A stretch of DNA of 33,227 nt from Prevotellaceae bacterium (GTDB lineage Bacteria; Bacteroidota; Bacteroidia; Bacteroidales; UBA932). The notes beneath the pieces were generated by a model. The model saw only the letters and a program-made list of their open reading frames with translations, had not been told where the DNA came from and made no database searches. Within the stretch, counting starts at the first letter, position 1; every line of letters begins with the position of its first letter. This document shows positions 24,368 to 32,964 of this stretch, piece by piece. Both the position numbers and the translations under genes were made by a program. The stretch covers positions 1-33,227 of the forward strand of contig JAIRKX010000046.1 in NCBI GenBank assembly GCA_031259805.1. Reading direction: 5' to 3'.

Positions 24368-25150
24368 ATGTTTGATTTTATTCATATTAATCTGTCTGAC
24401 ATGCTGGATATTGTCTTTGTGGCATTATTTCTGTATCAAATTTACAAATTGATTCGCGGCACGAGTGCGATGAATATTTTTACCGGTGTGTTGCTACTAT
24501 ATTTCCTTTGGTATGTGGTTCGGGCGTTGCATATGGACTTGTCGTCGGCCATACTGGGGCAGATTTTGGGCGTGGGGATTCTGGCGATTATTATATTATT
24601 TCAACAAGAAATACGTCGCTTCCTGCTGCATTTGGGCAGGCGGTTCAATACGCAGCGCTACGCATGGTTGCAGCGCATCTTCAATCAAAATTCGACGGTA
24701 GCTGTTACACTTGATTTGGATGCGTTGACAATGGCCTGCCGCAATATGTCGGACACGAGAACCGGTGCGCTGATTGTCATCGGGCGTAAATCGGCGATGG
24801 ATATGTATGCTGCTACCGGCGATGTGATCGACGCTAAAATGAACAATCGTCTCCTTGAAAATATCTTCTTTAAGAATTCACCGCTGCACGACGGAGCGGT
24901 GATTATCGTGCACAATAAAATCCATGCTGCCCGCTGCACTCTGCCGATTACCGACCGAACAGTGCCGGCGCAGTACGGTATGCGTCACCGCGCGGCAGTA
25001 GGATTGACCGAAAACACCGATGCGATGGTTGTCGTCGTATCGGAAGAGACCGGGAACATCTCGCTTGTCCACAACGGCCACATCACCCGAATGAGCGGCG
25101 CAAACGAACTGCGCGTAAAAATCGAGGGATTGTTGGCCATCGAATATTAA
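24368..25150 (+). CDS. cdaA: Diadenylate cyclase CdaA (DisA_N domain, three N-terminal TM helices)
   Basis: MFDFIHINLSDMLDIVFVALFLYQIYKLIRGTSAMNIF...TGALIVIGR...LHDGAVII...RHRAAVGLTENTDAMVVVVSEETGNISL carries canonical DAC motifs. Total 260 aa. Confidence 0.9.
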   Translation: MFDFIHINLSDMLDIVFVALFLYQIYKLIRGTSAMNIFTGVLLLYFLWYVVRALHMDLSSAILGQILGVGILAIIILFQQEIRRFLLHLGRRFNTQRYAWLQRIFNQNSTVAVTLDLDALTMACRNMSDTRTGALIVIGRKSAMDMYAATGDVIDAKMNNRLLENIFFKNSPLHDGAVIIVHNKIHAARCTLPITDRTVPAQYGMRHRAAVGLTENTDAMVVVVSEETGNISLVHNGHITRMSGANELRVKIEGLLAIEY

Positions 25151-25165
25151 CGCTCACGTTTTGTA

Positions 25166-27781
25166 TCAATATGCCGTCGCCAATTCGATGGCTCTGTCGA
25201 CGGCGGCCTGCAGGCCGCCGGTTTTTTTGCCGCCGGCGGTAGCCAGAAACTTCTGGCCGCCGCCACTGCCGTCGATTTCTTTGGCGGCTTCGCGTACAAT
25301 GAGGGATGCATTCAGTCCCTGTTCTACCAAATTGTCCGACAACGCGACGGTGAGCGACGGTTTACCGTCGTGTACTACGCCGCCGACAAACACCAGCGCC
25401 GGCTGCTCGTTGCGGATACGGAAAGCCAAATCTTTTACCATATCCGGCGGGATATTCACCGGCAGCACCGCTAGATGGTAGCCATTAACGATCTGCAGGT
25501 GCTGTTGCAGATGCTCCTTGAGTTGTTTCACCCGTTCGGCGACGAAGGCCTGTACTTGTTTTTCCAGTTGGGTATTGTCGCTAATAACTTTGCGGATAGC
25601 TTGCACAAGGTTGGGCGAATGGTTAAACAGTTCGCCGACGCTACGCAGTATGTCCTGGCAGTTGTCGATCAGCGCCTCGGCTTTGGCGGCCGACACGGCT
25701 TCAATCCGACGGACGCCGGCCGCTACGGCGCTCTCGCCGACAATACGGAAAAACCCGATGTCGCCGGTGGCATGGACATGCGTGCCGCCGCACAGTTCTA
25801 TCGACTCGCCGTAGCGCACGACCCGCACCTCCGACTCGTATTTCTCGCCGAACAGCGCCATCGCCCCCATCGCCTGCGCCGCCGCTATCGGCAGCCGGCG
25901 ATGTTCGTCCAGCGGGCTATTGGCGCGTATCAGGGCATTGACCAGATGCTCGACACGGCGGATTTCCCCATCGCTGACTTTTTGGAAATGCGAAAAGTCG
26001 AACCGCAGGTAATCGGGATGCACCAGCGAGCCTTTTTGCTCGACATGCGTGCCCAACACGCTCCGCAGAGCGTAATGCAGCAGGTGCGTCGCGGTGTGAT
26101 TGCACGCTGTAGCCTGCCGGCGCACCGTGTCGACCTGTGCCGTAAACGGAGACATCAGGTCGGCGGGCAGGGTGGCGGCAATATGGATGGTCAATTTGTT
26201 TTCCTTTTTCGTATCGACGATGGCAATCTGCTCCCGTCCGTTGTCAATCGTACCCGCATCGCCCGTCTGACCGCCGCTCTCGCCATAGAAAGGCGTCCGG
26301 TCGAAAACCAGCTGCACCTGCTCTTTGCCTTTGGTTTTCACGCGACGGTAACGCGCAATGTGGACGGTCTCGGTCGTGGTGTCGTAGCCGACAAACGTCG
26401 TCTGCTCTGCCGGTCGCACGATGATCCAGTCGCTCTCTTCGGTGGCGGCGGCGTGGCGGCTGCGCTGTTTTTGGCCTTCCAATTCCTTTTCAAAAGCCGG
26501 CATGTCGACGCTAAAACCCTTTTCGCACGCCATCAATGCCGTTAAATCTACCGGAAATCCATACGTATCGTACAATTGAAACGCCTCTTTGCCGCTGATG
26601 ATTTTCGTGTCGGTGTGCTTGTCGATCACCGAATCGAGCAGGCGGATGCCTGTTTCGAGTGTTCGCAGGAAGGCTGTTTCTTCCTCGCGGAGTACCTGTT
26701 CTATCAACGCCTGCCGCGCGATCAGTTCGGGGTAGGCGGCGCCCATTTCGGCCACCAGCGCCGGCGCCAGACGACAAATAAACGGCTCGTTAAGCCCCAG
26801 GAACGTATAGCCGTAGCGCACTGCCCGCCGCAAAATCCGCCGGATGACGTACCCCGCTTTGGCATTCGACGGCAGTTGACCGTCGGCAATCGAAAAACAG
26901 CACGTCCGCAGGTGGTCGGCAATCACGCGCATCGCCACCGTTTCCTGCGGGTGCGCCCCGTAGGTCTTCCCGCACAGGCGGGCTATTTCGCGAATAACAG
27001 GCTGGAACACGTCCGTATCGTAATTACTCTTTTTCCCCTGCAGCAGCATACACAGCCGCTCGAAGCCCATTCCGGTATCGACATGTTTTTTGGGTAACAA
27101 CTCCAGCGTGCCATTGGCCTTACGGTTATATTGAATAAACACCAGATTCCATATTTCGACCAGCAGCGGATGCCCCTGATTGACCAGTGTCGCCCCGTCG
27201 ACACGCTGCCGTTCCTCGTCGTCGCGCAGGTCGGCATGGATTTCGCTGCACGGGCCGCACGGGCCTACGTCGCCCATTTCCCAAAAATTATCCTTCCGCG
27301 AGCCACGCAGAATACGCTCGTCGGGCAGAAATTGACGCCAAATTGTCAACGCTTCGGTATCGGCCTCCAGATGGTCCGGCGCGTAGCCTTCAAAACAGGT
27401 TACATATAACCGTTCCCTGTCGATTTTATATACCTCCGTCAGCAGTTCCCACGCCCACGCAATCGCTTCCTGTTTAAAATAATCACCAAAACTCCAATTG
27501 CCCAGCATTTCGAACATCGTATGATGATAGGTATCGTGCCCGACCTCCTCCAAATCGTTGTGTTTGCCGCTTACGCGCAGGCATTTTTGCGTATCGGCCA
27601 CGCGTGGGTGTTCGGGCGGCGTATTACCGAGAAACCAGTCTTTAAACTGATTCATCCCGGCATTGGTAAACATGAGCGTCGGGTCGTTTTTCACCACTAT
27701 CGGCGCCGACGGGACAATGGCGTGTTGTTTATTGGCAAAAAAAGTAAGAAAGGTTTGACGGATTTCCTGAGACGTGATCAT
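25166..27781 (-). CDS. alaS: Alanine--tRNA ligase
   Basis: The start is at [27 protein letters not shown] (complement of 27779..27781), giving 871 aa. [18 protein letters not shown], and the editing-domain HTATHLLH and CGGTHV motifs are all present. Confidence 0.95.
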   Translation of the reverse strand: MITSQEIRQTFLTFFANKQHAIVPSAPIVVKNDPTLMFTNAGMNQFKDWFLGNTPPEHPRVADTQKCLRVSGKHNDLEEVGHDTYHHTMFEMLGNWSFGDYFKQEAIAWAWELLTEVYKIDRERLYVTCFEGYAPDHLEADTEALTIWRQFLPDERILRGSRKDNFWEMGDVGPCGPCSEIHADLRDDEERQRVDGATLVNQGHPLLVEIWNLVFIQYNRKANGTLELLPKKHVDTGMGFERLCMLLQGKKSNYDTDVFQPVIREIARLCGKTYGAHPQETVAMRVIADHLRTCCFSIADGQLPSNAKAGYVIRRILRRAVRYGYTFLGLNEPFICRLAPALVAEMGAAYPELIARQALIEQVLREEETAFLRTLETGIRLLDSVIDKHTDTKIISGKEAFQLYDTYGFPVDLTALMACEKGFSVDMPAFEKELEGQKQRSRHAAATEESDWIIVRPAEQTTFVGYDTTTETVHIARYRRVKTKGKEQVQLVFDRTPFYGESGGQTGDAGTIDNGREQIAIVDTKKENKLTIHIAATLPADLMSPFTAQVDTVRRQATACNHTATHLLHYALRSVLGTHVEQKGSLVHPDYLRFDFSHFQKVSDGEIRRVEHLVNALIRANSPLDEHRRLPIAAAQAMGAMALFGEKYESEVRVVRYGESIELCGGTHVHATGDIGFFRIVGESAVAAGVRRIEAVSAAKAEALIDNCQDILRSVGELFNHSPNLVQAIRKVISDNTQLEKQVQAFVAERVKQLKEHLQQHLQIVNGYHLAVLPVNIPPDMVKDLAFRIRNEQPALVFVGGVVHDGKPSLTVALSDNLVEQGLNASLIVREAAKEIDGSGGGQKFLATAGGKKTGGLQAAVDRAIELATAY

Positions 27782-27820
27782 AATGACAAAAGATATTAAT
27801 AATACGATGAATTTTTGCAC

Positions 27821-27828
27821 AAAATTAC
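27821..27828 (-). promoter_or_regulatory. -7 promoter box (TAATTTTG) for alaS
   Basis: Plus strand CAAAATTA is the reverse complement of TAATTTTG, 40 nt upstream of the alaS ATG. Confidence 0.4.
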
Positions 27829-27857
27829 AATTTTTTCGTCTACTTAGAAAAAATCAT

Positions 27858-27865
27858 TATATTTG
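27858..27865 (+). promoter_or_regulatory. -7 promoter box (TATATTTG) for the M23 peptidase pair
   Basis: It is an exact TAnnTTTG match 32 nt upstream of ATG 27897. Confidence 0.45.
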
Positions 27866-27896
27866 CACACCAATAAAAAGAATTTTACCTAATTAC

Positions 27897-28862
27897 ATGG
27901 CTCGATCACAATATAAATTTAATGCTGAAACGCTTTTATTTGAAGTAACTCGCATCTCCCGAGGAACGAAGTTTAAGCGTTTTCTCTGCGGGTTCTTAGT
28001 GAGCGCTCTGTTGACCGTGGGGTATTACATGATCTACATTCAATATTTTGATACGCCGCATTTGCTCTCGATGCGACGGGAAAATGCCGACTTGTTGGTT
28101 AAATACGATTTACTGAATAAACGCTTTGAAGAAGCGAACGCTTTCCTGACGCAAATACAACATCGCGACAATAATGTATATCGCGCTACATTCGGCTTGG
28201 AGATTATCCCTTCGTCCATCCGCGACGCCGGCTTCGGCGGGGTTGAAAGGTACAGTCATCTCGAAAAATCGAACTATGCATCGGCCTTAATCCAAACGTC
28301 GCAACAATTGGATATTCTCCTGAAAAAAGCCTATATTCAATCCATTTCTTTTGATACTATTACCAAACTGGCAGCCATGACCGAACAAATGAGCTACTGC
28401 GTCCCGGCCATCCAGCCTGTTTCTTCGGATAAAATGCGTATTACCGACGGCTTCCGCTACCGCATTAATCCGGTAGATGGAAGAGGCCAACACCACAGGG
28501 GAATTGACGTCGGTGTTCCCACAGGAACGCCGATATTCGCTACCGGAAACGGAGTAGTAGAAACCACCAAATATTCCTTTCTCGGATACGGTAACTGTGT
28601 CGTTATTAATCATGGCTTCGGGTATTCTACCCTCTATGCACACTTATATAAAATTATGGTATCCGAAGGACAACCGATTAAACGTGGCGAACAAATAGGA
28701 CTGTCGGGCAATACGGGCAAAAGTACCGGCCCGCACTTGCACTACGAAGTATTGTATCAAGGCAAACACCAAAACCCGATAAATTATTTCAGCAGCGATA
28801 TCGACATCGACGAATATGAAAAAATCCTGGCAAACGCCCAGGAAAATAAAGAATTTGACTAA
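27897..28862 (+). CDS. M23-family metallopeptidase (N-terminal TM + coiled coil), copy 1
   Basis: The start is at MARSQYKF, giving 321 aa. The catalytic motifs HHRGIDVG (HxxxD) and GPHLHYEV (HxH) are intact. Confidence 0.88.
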   Translation: MARSQYKFNAETLLFEVTRISRGTKFKRFLCGFLVSALLTVGYYMIYIQYFDTPHLLSMRRENADLLVKYDLLNKRFEEANAFLTQIQHRDNNVYRATFGLEIIPSSIRDAGFGGVERYSHLEKSNYASALIQTSQQLDILLKKAYIQSISFDTITKLAAMTEQMSYCVPAIQPVSSDKMRITDGFRYRINPVDGRGQHHRGIDVGVPTGTPIFATGNGVVETTKYSFLGYGNCVVINHGFGYSTLYAHLYKIMVSEGQPIKRGEQIGLSGNTGKSTGPHLHYEVLYQGKHQNPINYFSSDIDIDEYEKILANAQENKEFD

Positions 28863-29830
28863 TGCAATACCGGTATAAATACAGTCAGGAGTATCTTGAT
28901 TTCGTTAAGGTACGTCGAGGTATCTGGCGCGGAGCGTGGCGTTTTTCGCTCTATTTTGTAGGAAGCGTACTGGTGGCGATTGTGTATTACTTTGTTTTTT
29001 CGGCATTCTTCTATACGCCGGAAGAACGCGGGTTGCTGCGCGAAAATCAACTGCTCGCCCAACAATACGACGCGCTGAACCAACGTTTCGACCAGCTGGA
29101 AACCGTGTTGAACGACATCAGCCAGCGCGACAACCAAATTTACCATACCATTTTTCAGGCCGACCCGCTACCCTTTACGGGCACGGGCATCGGCGGCGTC
29201 GACCGCTATGAGGAATTGGAGTCGTTTAGCAATAAAGATTTGGTGATAACGACCGACCAACGCCTGCACAACCTCGCGCTCCGTGTGCAAAAGCAATCCG
29301 CTTCGCTCGATAGCATTACCGCCCTGCTGCAACGCCAGAAAACGGCATTCCTGAGCCTGCCGGCCATACAACCCATACGGAATAAAGACCTGTCGCGCAC
29401 CGGCGCTTCTGTAGGACTGCGCATTCACCCATTCTACAAAGTGCTGCGGGAGCATACGGGCATTGATTTTATTGCCGCGATGGGCGTCGATGTCATGGCC
29501 ACGGGCGACGGCGTCGTCGCCGTCGTAGAACGTTCGATGCGGGGATATGGAAACAAAGTCGTCATCGACCATGGGAACGGCTACACAACCGTATATGCAC
29601 ACCTTAATACTATTAGCGTAGCAAAAGGGCAACGGGTAACGCGCGGGCAAGTCATCGCAACGGTCGGGAACTCCGGCATGGCGATGGCCATGACGCCACA
29701 CCTCCACTACGAAGTGTTGAAGGACGGCGAAGTGCAGGACCCGTTACATTTTTTTATCATCGACATCATGCCCGCCGAGCGCGACCGGATGATACAGCTG
29801 GCAACCAACAGCGGACAGTCGCTGGATTAG
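28862..29830 (+). CDS. M23-family metallopeptidase, copy 2 (tandem paralog)
   Basis: 322 aa with the same architecture as copy 1: EHTGIDFIA, TPHLHYEV, and LLRENQLLAQQYDALNQRFDQLE against MRRENADLLVKYDLLNKRFEEAN. Its start overlaps the copy-1 stop (TAATG). Confidence 0.88.
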   Translation: MQYRYKYSQEYLDFVKVRRGIWRGAWRFSLYFVGSVLVAIVYYFVFSAFFYTPEERGLLRENQLLAQQYDALNQRFDQLETVLNDISQRDNQIYHTIFQADPLPFTGTGIGGVDRYEELESFSNKDLVITTDQRLHNLALRVQKQSASLDSITALLQRQKTAFLSLPAIQPIRNKDLSRTGASVGLRIHPFYKVLREHTGIDFIAAMGVDVMATGDGVVAVVERSMRGYGNKVVIDHGNGYTTVYAHLNTISVAKGQRVTRGQVIATVGNSGMAMAMTPHLHYEVLKDGEVQDPLHFFIIDIMPAERDRMIQLATNSGQSLD

Positions 29831-29904
29831 GAAGAGCAGGAGGAAGTAGAAAAACAGGAAGAACCGGAGAAACCGGAAGAACCGGAGAAAAAGGAGGAAA
29901 ACAA
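29831..29904 (+). repeat. Almost pure-purine spacer with an 18-nt tandem repeat (GGAAGAACCGGAGAAACC / GGAAGAACCGGAGAAAAA)
   Basis: Read directly from the sequence. The repeat spans 29858..29893. The segment ends in AAGGAGGAAAACAA just before the MerR ATG. Confidence 0.85.
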
Positions 29905-30243
29905 ATGGCATACAAAGAACCAATCATAGAAAAAATATACTACACTATCGGAGAAGTAGCCGAACTGTTGGGTGAATCGACCTCGCTGATACGCTTCTGG
30001 TCGAATAAAATGGACGACATTATCCACCCGACCAAAAACCGTAAGGGCAACCGTTTATTTACGCCCCACGACGTCGAGACCCTCAAAATCCTGCACCGGC
30101 TCACCAAAGAACAGGGGATGACCCTCGAAGGCGCACACAAACGAATCAAAGAAAACAAGCCCGGCGAGAATCATAACCTCGAAATTATCGAATCGTTGAA
30201 CGCGATAAAACAAGAACTGCTCGAAGTAAAAGAACTGCTGTAA
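29905..30243 (+). CDS. MerR-family HTH transcriptional regulator (small, 112 aa)
   Basis: YYTIGEVAELLGESTSLIRFWSNKM...NRKGNRLFTPHDVETLKILHRLTKEQGMTLEGA is the MerR-type HTH/wing pattern. Confidence 0.8.
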   Translation: MAYKEPIIEKIYYTIGEVAELLGESTSLIRFWSNKMDDIIHPTKNRKGNRLFTPHDVETLKILHRLTKEQGMTLEGAHKRIKENKPGENHNLEIIESLNAIKQELLEVKELL

Positions 30244-30255
30244 CCCACCCTGCAC

Positions 30256-31047
30256 ATGAATCGACCGACTGCCGCACAAATAGCCGCAATCATAGAAGAA
30301 CTGGCGCCCCTGCATTATCAGGAACCTTACGACAATGCCGGATTCTGCGTCGGCAACCCGCACACCGAAATCACGGCGGCGCTCCTGTGCGTAGACGTAA
30401 CCGACGCCGTCCTCCGTGAAGCCATAGAAACAGGCGCTAACCTTATCATCTCGCACCACCCCGTTATTTTTAAAGGACTGAAACACCTGACCGGACAAAC
30501 CTGCGTGGAACGGATCGTAACGCAAGCAATCAAGCACGACCTTGTACTCTATGCCGCCCATACGAATATCGACAGCGTACGCGGCGGAGTGAGCGAGGGC
30601 ATGTGCCAACGACTGGGGCTACGCCACACCAAAATCCTCGCGCCCCGTGAAGCCGGCGCCGACACAGGCTTTGGCATGGCCGGCGAATTGCCGCAGCCGC
30701 TCTCACCGGCGGATTTTCTACAAACCGTTAAAACGACATTCGGAACGCCGGTACTCCGTTACTCACAACCGCCGGCGGGGACTATCACACGAGTCGCCGT
30801 ATGCGGGGGCAGCGGGGCATTCCTCATTCCGGCAGCCGCAACCGACGGTGTACAGGCATTCATCAGCGCCGACTTTAAGTACCACGACTTTTTCGATGCC
30901 GACAACCACCTGATGATTATCGACGTCGGCCATTACGAAAGCGAACAGGAGGTAATCCACATTTTTTACCGTTGTCTTACGAAAAAAATGCCTACCTTTG
31001 CCATCCAAATGACAAAAAACAATACCAACGCAATAAATTATTATTAA
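30256..31047 (+). CDS. Nif3-like dinuclear metal-centre protein (GTP cyclohydrolase 1 type 2 family)
   Basis: PYDNAGFCVGNP...ANLIISHHPVIFKGLKHL...LYAAHTNID...VAVCGGSG...ADFKYHDF...IDVGHYESE are the Nif3/YbgI signatures. Confidence 0.9.
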   Translation: MNRPTAAQIAAIIEELAPLHYQEPYDNAGFCVGNPHTEITAALLCVDVTDAVLREAIETGANLIISHHPVIFKGLKHLTGQTCVERIVTQAIKHDLVLYAAHTNIDSVRGGVSEGMCQRLGLRHTKILAPREAGADTGFGMAGELPQPLSPADFLQTVKTTFGTPVLRYSQPPAGTITRVAVCGGSGAFLIPAAATDGVQAFISADFKYHDFFDADNHLMIIDVGHYESEQEVIHIFYRCLTKKMPTFAIQMTKNNTNAINYY

Positions 31048-31050
31048 AAT

Positions 31051-32493
31051 ATGGCATCAAAAGAAACAGCAACAGAAAAAACGCCCGTAGAGAATGAAAC
31101 CCTTCCGGTAACCACCGAGGCAACCCCTGCTAAAAAAGTAGCAGCTAAGAAAGCGCCTGCTAAAAAGGCAGCAGCTAAGAAAGCCCCTGCTAAAAAAGCA
31201 GCAGCTAAAACAACCCCTAAAACAGTAGCCGTTGAGACAGCGCCCGTAGCCGTTGAGACAACCCACGTAGCCGCTGAGACAACCCCCGTAGCCGCTGAGA
31301 CAGCGCCCGTAGCCGTTGAGACCGCGCCTGTAGCCGTTGAGACAGCGCCCGTAGCCGTTGAGACAGCGCCCGTAGCCGTTGAGACCGCGCCCGTAGCCGT
31401 TGAGACAGCGCCTGTAGCCGTTGAGACAGCGCCTGTAGTCGTTGCGACAGCGCCCGTAGCCGTTGAGACCGCGCCTGTAGCCGTTGAGACCGCGCCCGTA
31501 GCCGTTGAGACAACCCCTGTAGCCGCTGAGACAGCGCCCGTAGCCGTTGAGACAGCGCCCGTAGCCGTTGAGACAGCCCCTGTAGTCGTTGCGACAGCGC
31601 CTGTAGCCGTTGAGACAGCGCCTGTAGCAGCTAAGGCAACCCCTGTAGCAGCTAAGGCCACCCCGGCTAAAAAAACAACAGCTAAGGCAGCAGCTAAAAC
31701 CATTCTGACTAAGACGACTCCGACAGCGCCTAAGGCGGCGCCGGTTAAAAAGACAATAACGGATAATGACACACCGGAAGCGAAATTGCGCATCCTTTTT
31801 CAAATGCAACAAGCTGACTCGCAAGCCGACCAGCTACGGCTACTACGCGGCGAACTACCGCTCGAAGTGCGCGACCTCGAAGATGAAATCCACGGACTGA
31901 AAACACGGATCTCGAACCTGCAAGCCGACGTAAAAGCCATAGATTCGAATATCACCAAGAAAAAAATAGATATCGAAACAGCTACAGAAGCAGTAAAACG
32001 CTACGGCGAGCAACAAAAGAACGTAAAAAATAACCGTGAATACGATTCACTGTCAAAAGAAATCGAATACCAAAATCTGGAAATCGAACTGGCCAACAAG
32101 CGCGTAAGAGAATATAGCGAACAAATGAGAGAGCGTAAAACCATGCTCGACGAAACCAAAAAACGCATGACCGAACGCAGCGAAGACCTCGAAATAAAGA
32201 AAAGAGAACTCGACGAAATAATCGCCGAAACCGCTAAAGACGAAAAGGAATTAGAAAAAAAATCAGCCGCACTGCAAGCCCTGCTCGACCCCCGCATGCT
32301 GACCGCCTACCTGAAAGTACGCAAAAACGCCCGCAACGGACTGGCTGTAGTAAAAGTACAACGCGATGCATGCGGCGGATGCTTCAATAAAATCCCCCCA
32401 CAGCGACAATTAGACATTATATTATGCAAGAAAATAATCGTCTGCGAATACTGCGGAAGAATACTGGTAGACAGTAGTTTTGAGGAAATGTAA
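31051..32493 (+). CDS. COG1579-type coiled-coil / C4 zinc-ribbon protein with a ~235-aa repetitive N-terminal extension
   Basis: The C-terminal ~245 aa (LRILFQMQQADSQADQLRLLRGELPLEV...coiled coil...CGGCFNKIPPQ...CEYCGRIL) is the usual Nif3-neighbour Zn-ribbon protein. The N-terminus carries AKKAPAKKAA repeats and 21 heptads. The ATG lies 3 nt after the Nif3 stop. Confidence 0.75.
   Translation: MASKETATEKTPVENETLPVTTEATPAKKVAAKKAPAKKAAAKKAPAKKAAAKTTPKTVAVETAPVAVETTHVAAETTPVAAETAPVAVETAPVAVETAPVAVETAPVAVETAPVAVETAPVAVETAPVVVATAPVAVETAPVAVETAPVAVETTPVAAETAPVAVETAPVAVETAPVVVATAPVAVETAPVAAKATPVAAKATPAKKTTAKAAAKTILTKTTPTAPKAAPVKKTITDNDTPEAKLRILFQMQQADSQADQLRLLRGELPLEVRDLEDEIHGLKTRISNLQADVKAIDSNITKKKIDIETATEAVKRYGEQQKNVKNNREYDSLSKEIEYQNLEIELANKRVREYSEQMRERKTMLDETKKRMTERSEDLEIKKRELDEIIAETAKDEKELEKKSAALQALLDPRMLTAYLKVRKNARNGLAVVKVQRDACGGCFNKIPPQRQLDIILCKKIIVCEYCGRILVDSSFEEM
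31225..31665 (+). repeat. 21 tandem 21-bp units (heptads VAVETAP and variants) inside the Zn-ribbon gene
   Basis: The unit is GTAGCCGTTGAGACAGCGCCC, exactly in register from 31225 to 31665. The variants are VAAETTP, VVVATAP and VAAKATP. VVVATAP recurs 7 units apart, which suggests a 147-bp higher-order repeat. Confidence 0.95.
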
Positions 32494-32630
32494 AGGTATC
32501 AAACCCAAGACGCGAGGCATCTGCTTCCCCCCCTGCGACCCACAACGTAACGCCACCCAATAACCCGCAGATTTACGCAGAAGCCCCGTAAAACGCCCAC
32601 AAAAATTTTGTGAATTCAAAAAAAAATGCA

Positions 32631-32638
32631 TACCTTTG
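32631..32638 (+). promoter_or_regulatory. -7 promoter box (TACCTTTG) for tRNA-Gly
   Basis: It is an exact TAnnTTTG match ending 11 nt before the tRNA 5' end. Confidence 0.5.
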
Positions 32639-32649
32639 CACCATAAAAC

Positions 32650-32722
32650 GCGGAAATAGCTCAGTTGGTAGAGCATAACCTTGCCAAGGTTAGGGTCGCG
32701 AGTTCGAGTCTCGTTTTCCGCT
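32650..32722 (+). tRNA. tRNA-Gly (anticodon GCC)
   Basis: The sequence is GCGGAAATAGCTCAGTTGGTAGAGCATAACCTTGCCAAGGTTAGGGTCGCGAGTTCGAGTCTCGTTTTCCGCT. The 7-bp acceptor stem is GCGGAAA/TTTCCGC. The anticodon stem TAACC/GGTTA has loop TTGCCAA. The T-arm is GGTCGCGAGTTCGAGTCTCG... CCA is not encoded. Confidence 0.93.
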
Positions 32723-32768
32723 CAAACATAATCTTTTGTTTTCACCATATAATTTTGATTTCATAACG

Positions 32769-32802
32769 AAAATCCGCTGCACCATAGCAGCGGATTTTTT
32801 TT
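32769..32802 (+). terminator. Intrinsic terminator after tRNA-Gly
   Basis: AAAATCCGCTGC - ACCATA - GCAGCGGATTTT forms the stem-loop and runs into a T8 tract. Confidence 0.8.
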
Positions 32803-32874
32803 ATGCCCCCTTCTTTTTTCATATTAAAAATGCATTATTAAATGCAAAAAAGATTATAAAACAAAAAAAATAAC

Positions 32875-32882
32875 TATCTTTG
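32875..32882 (+). promoter_or_regulatory. -7 promoter box (TATCTTTG) for the terminal heptad-repeat ORF
   Basis: It is an exact TAnnTTTG match 83 nt upstream of ATG 32965. Confidence 0.4.
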
Positions 32883-32964
32883 CACCCAAGTTTATGAGCT
32901 TTTTTATACAGTATCATAAACAGTAACTGAAACACAGAATATTAACCGTTCAACTTTATAATTT

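Noticed and set aside
27897-29830. Tandem M23 peptidases as a toxin/immunity or novel lytic module
   Set aside because: Both copies have the standard TM + coiled-coil + intact HxxxD/HxH architecture of housekeeping EnvC/NlpD-like cell-division hydrolases. They lie in a core-gene context next to alaS.
29893-29898. AGGAGG as a functional Shine-Dalgarno site for the MerR gene
   Set aside because: Bacteroidota generally make little use of SD pairing, and the motif is part of a longer purine-only repeat. I do not treat it as evidence by itself.
31044-31824. Minus-strand ORFs 31044..31793, 31057..31824 and 31217..31513
   Set aside because: They are artefacts of the 21-bp repeat being open in several frames. 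The plus-strand frame is continuous with the conserved Zn-ribbon core and is coupled to the Nif3 stop.
32422-32676. Minus-strand ORF overlapping tRNA-Gly
   Set aside because: It runs antisense through a well-formed tRNA and its promoter, and there is no supporting signal.
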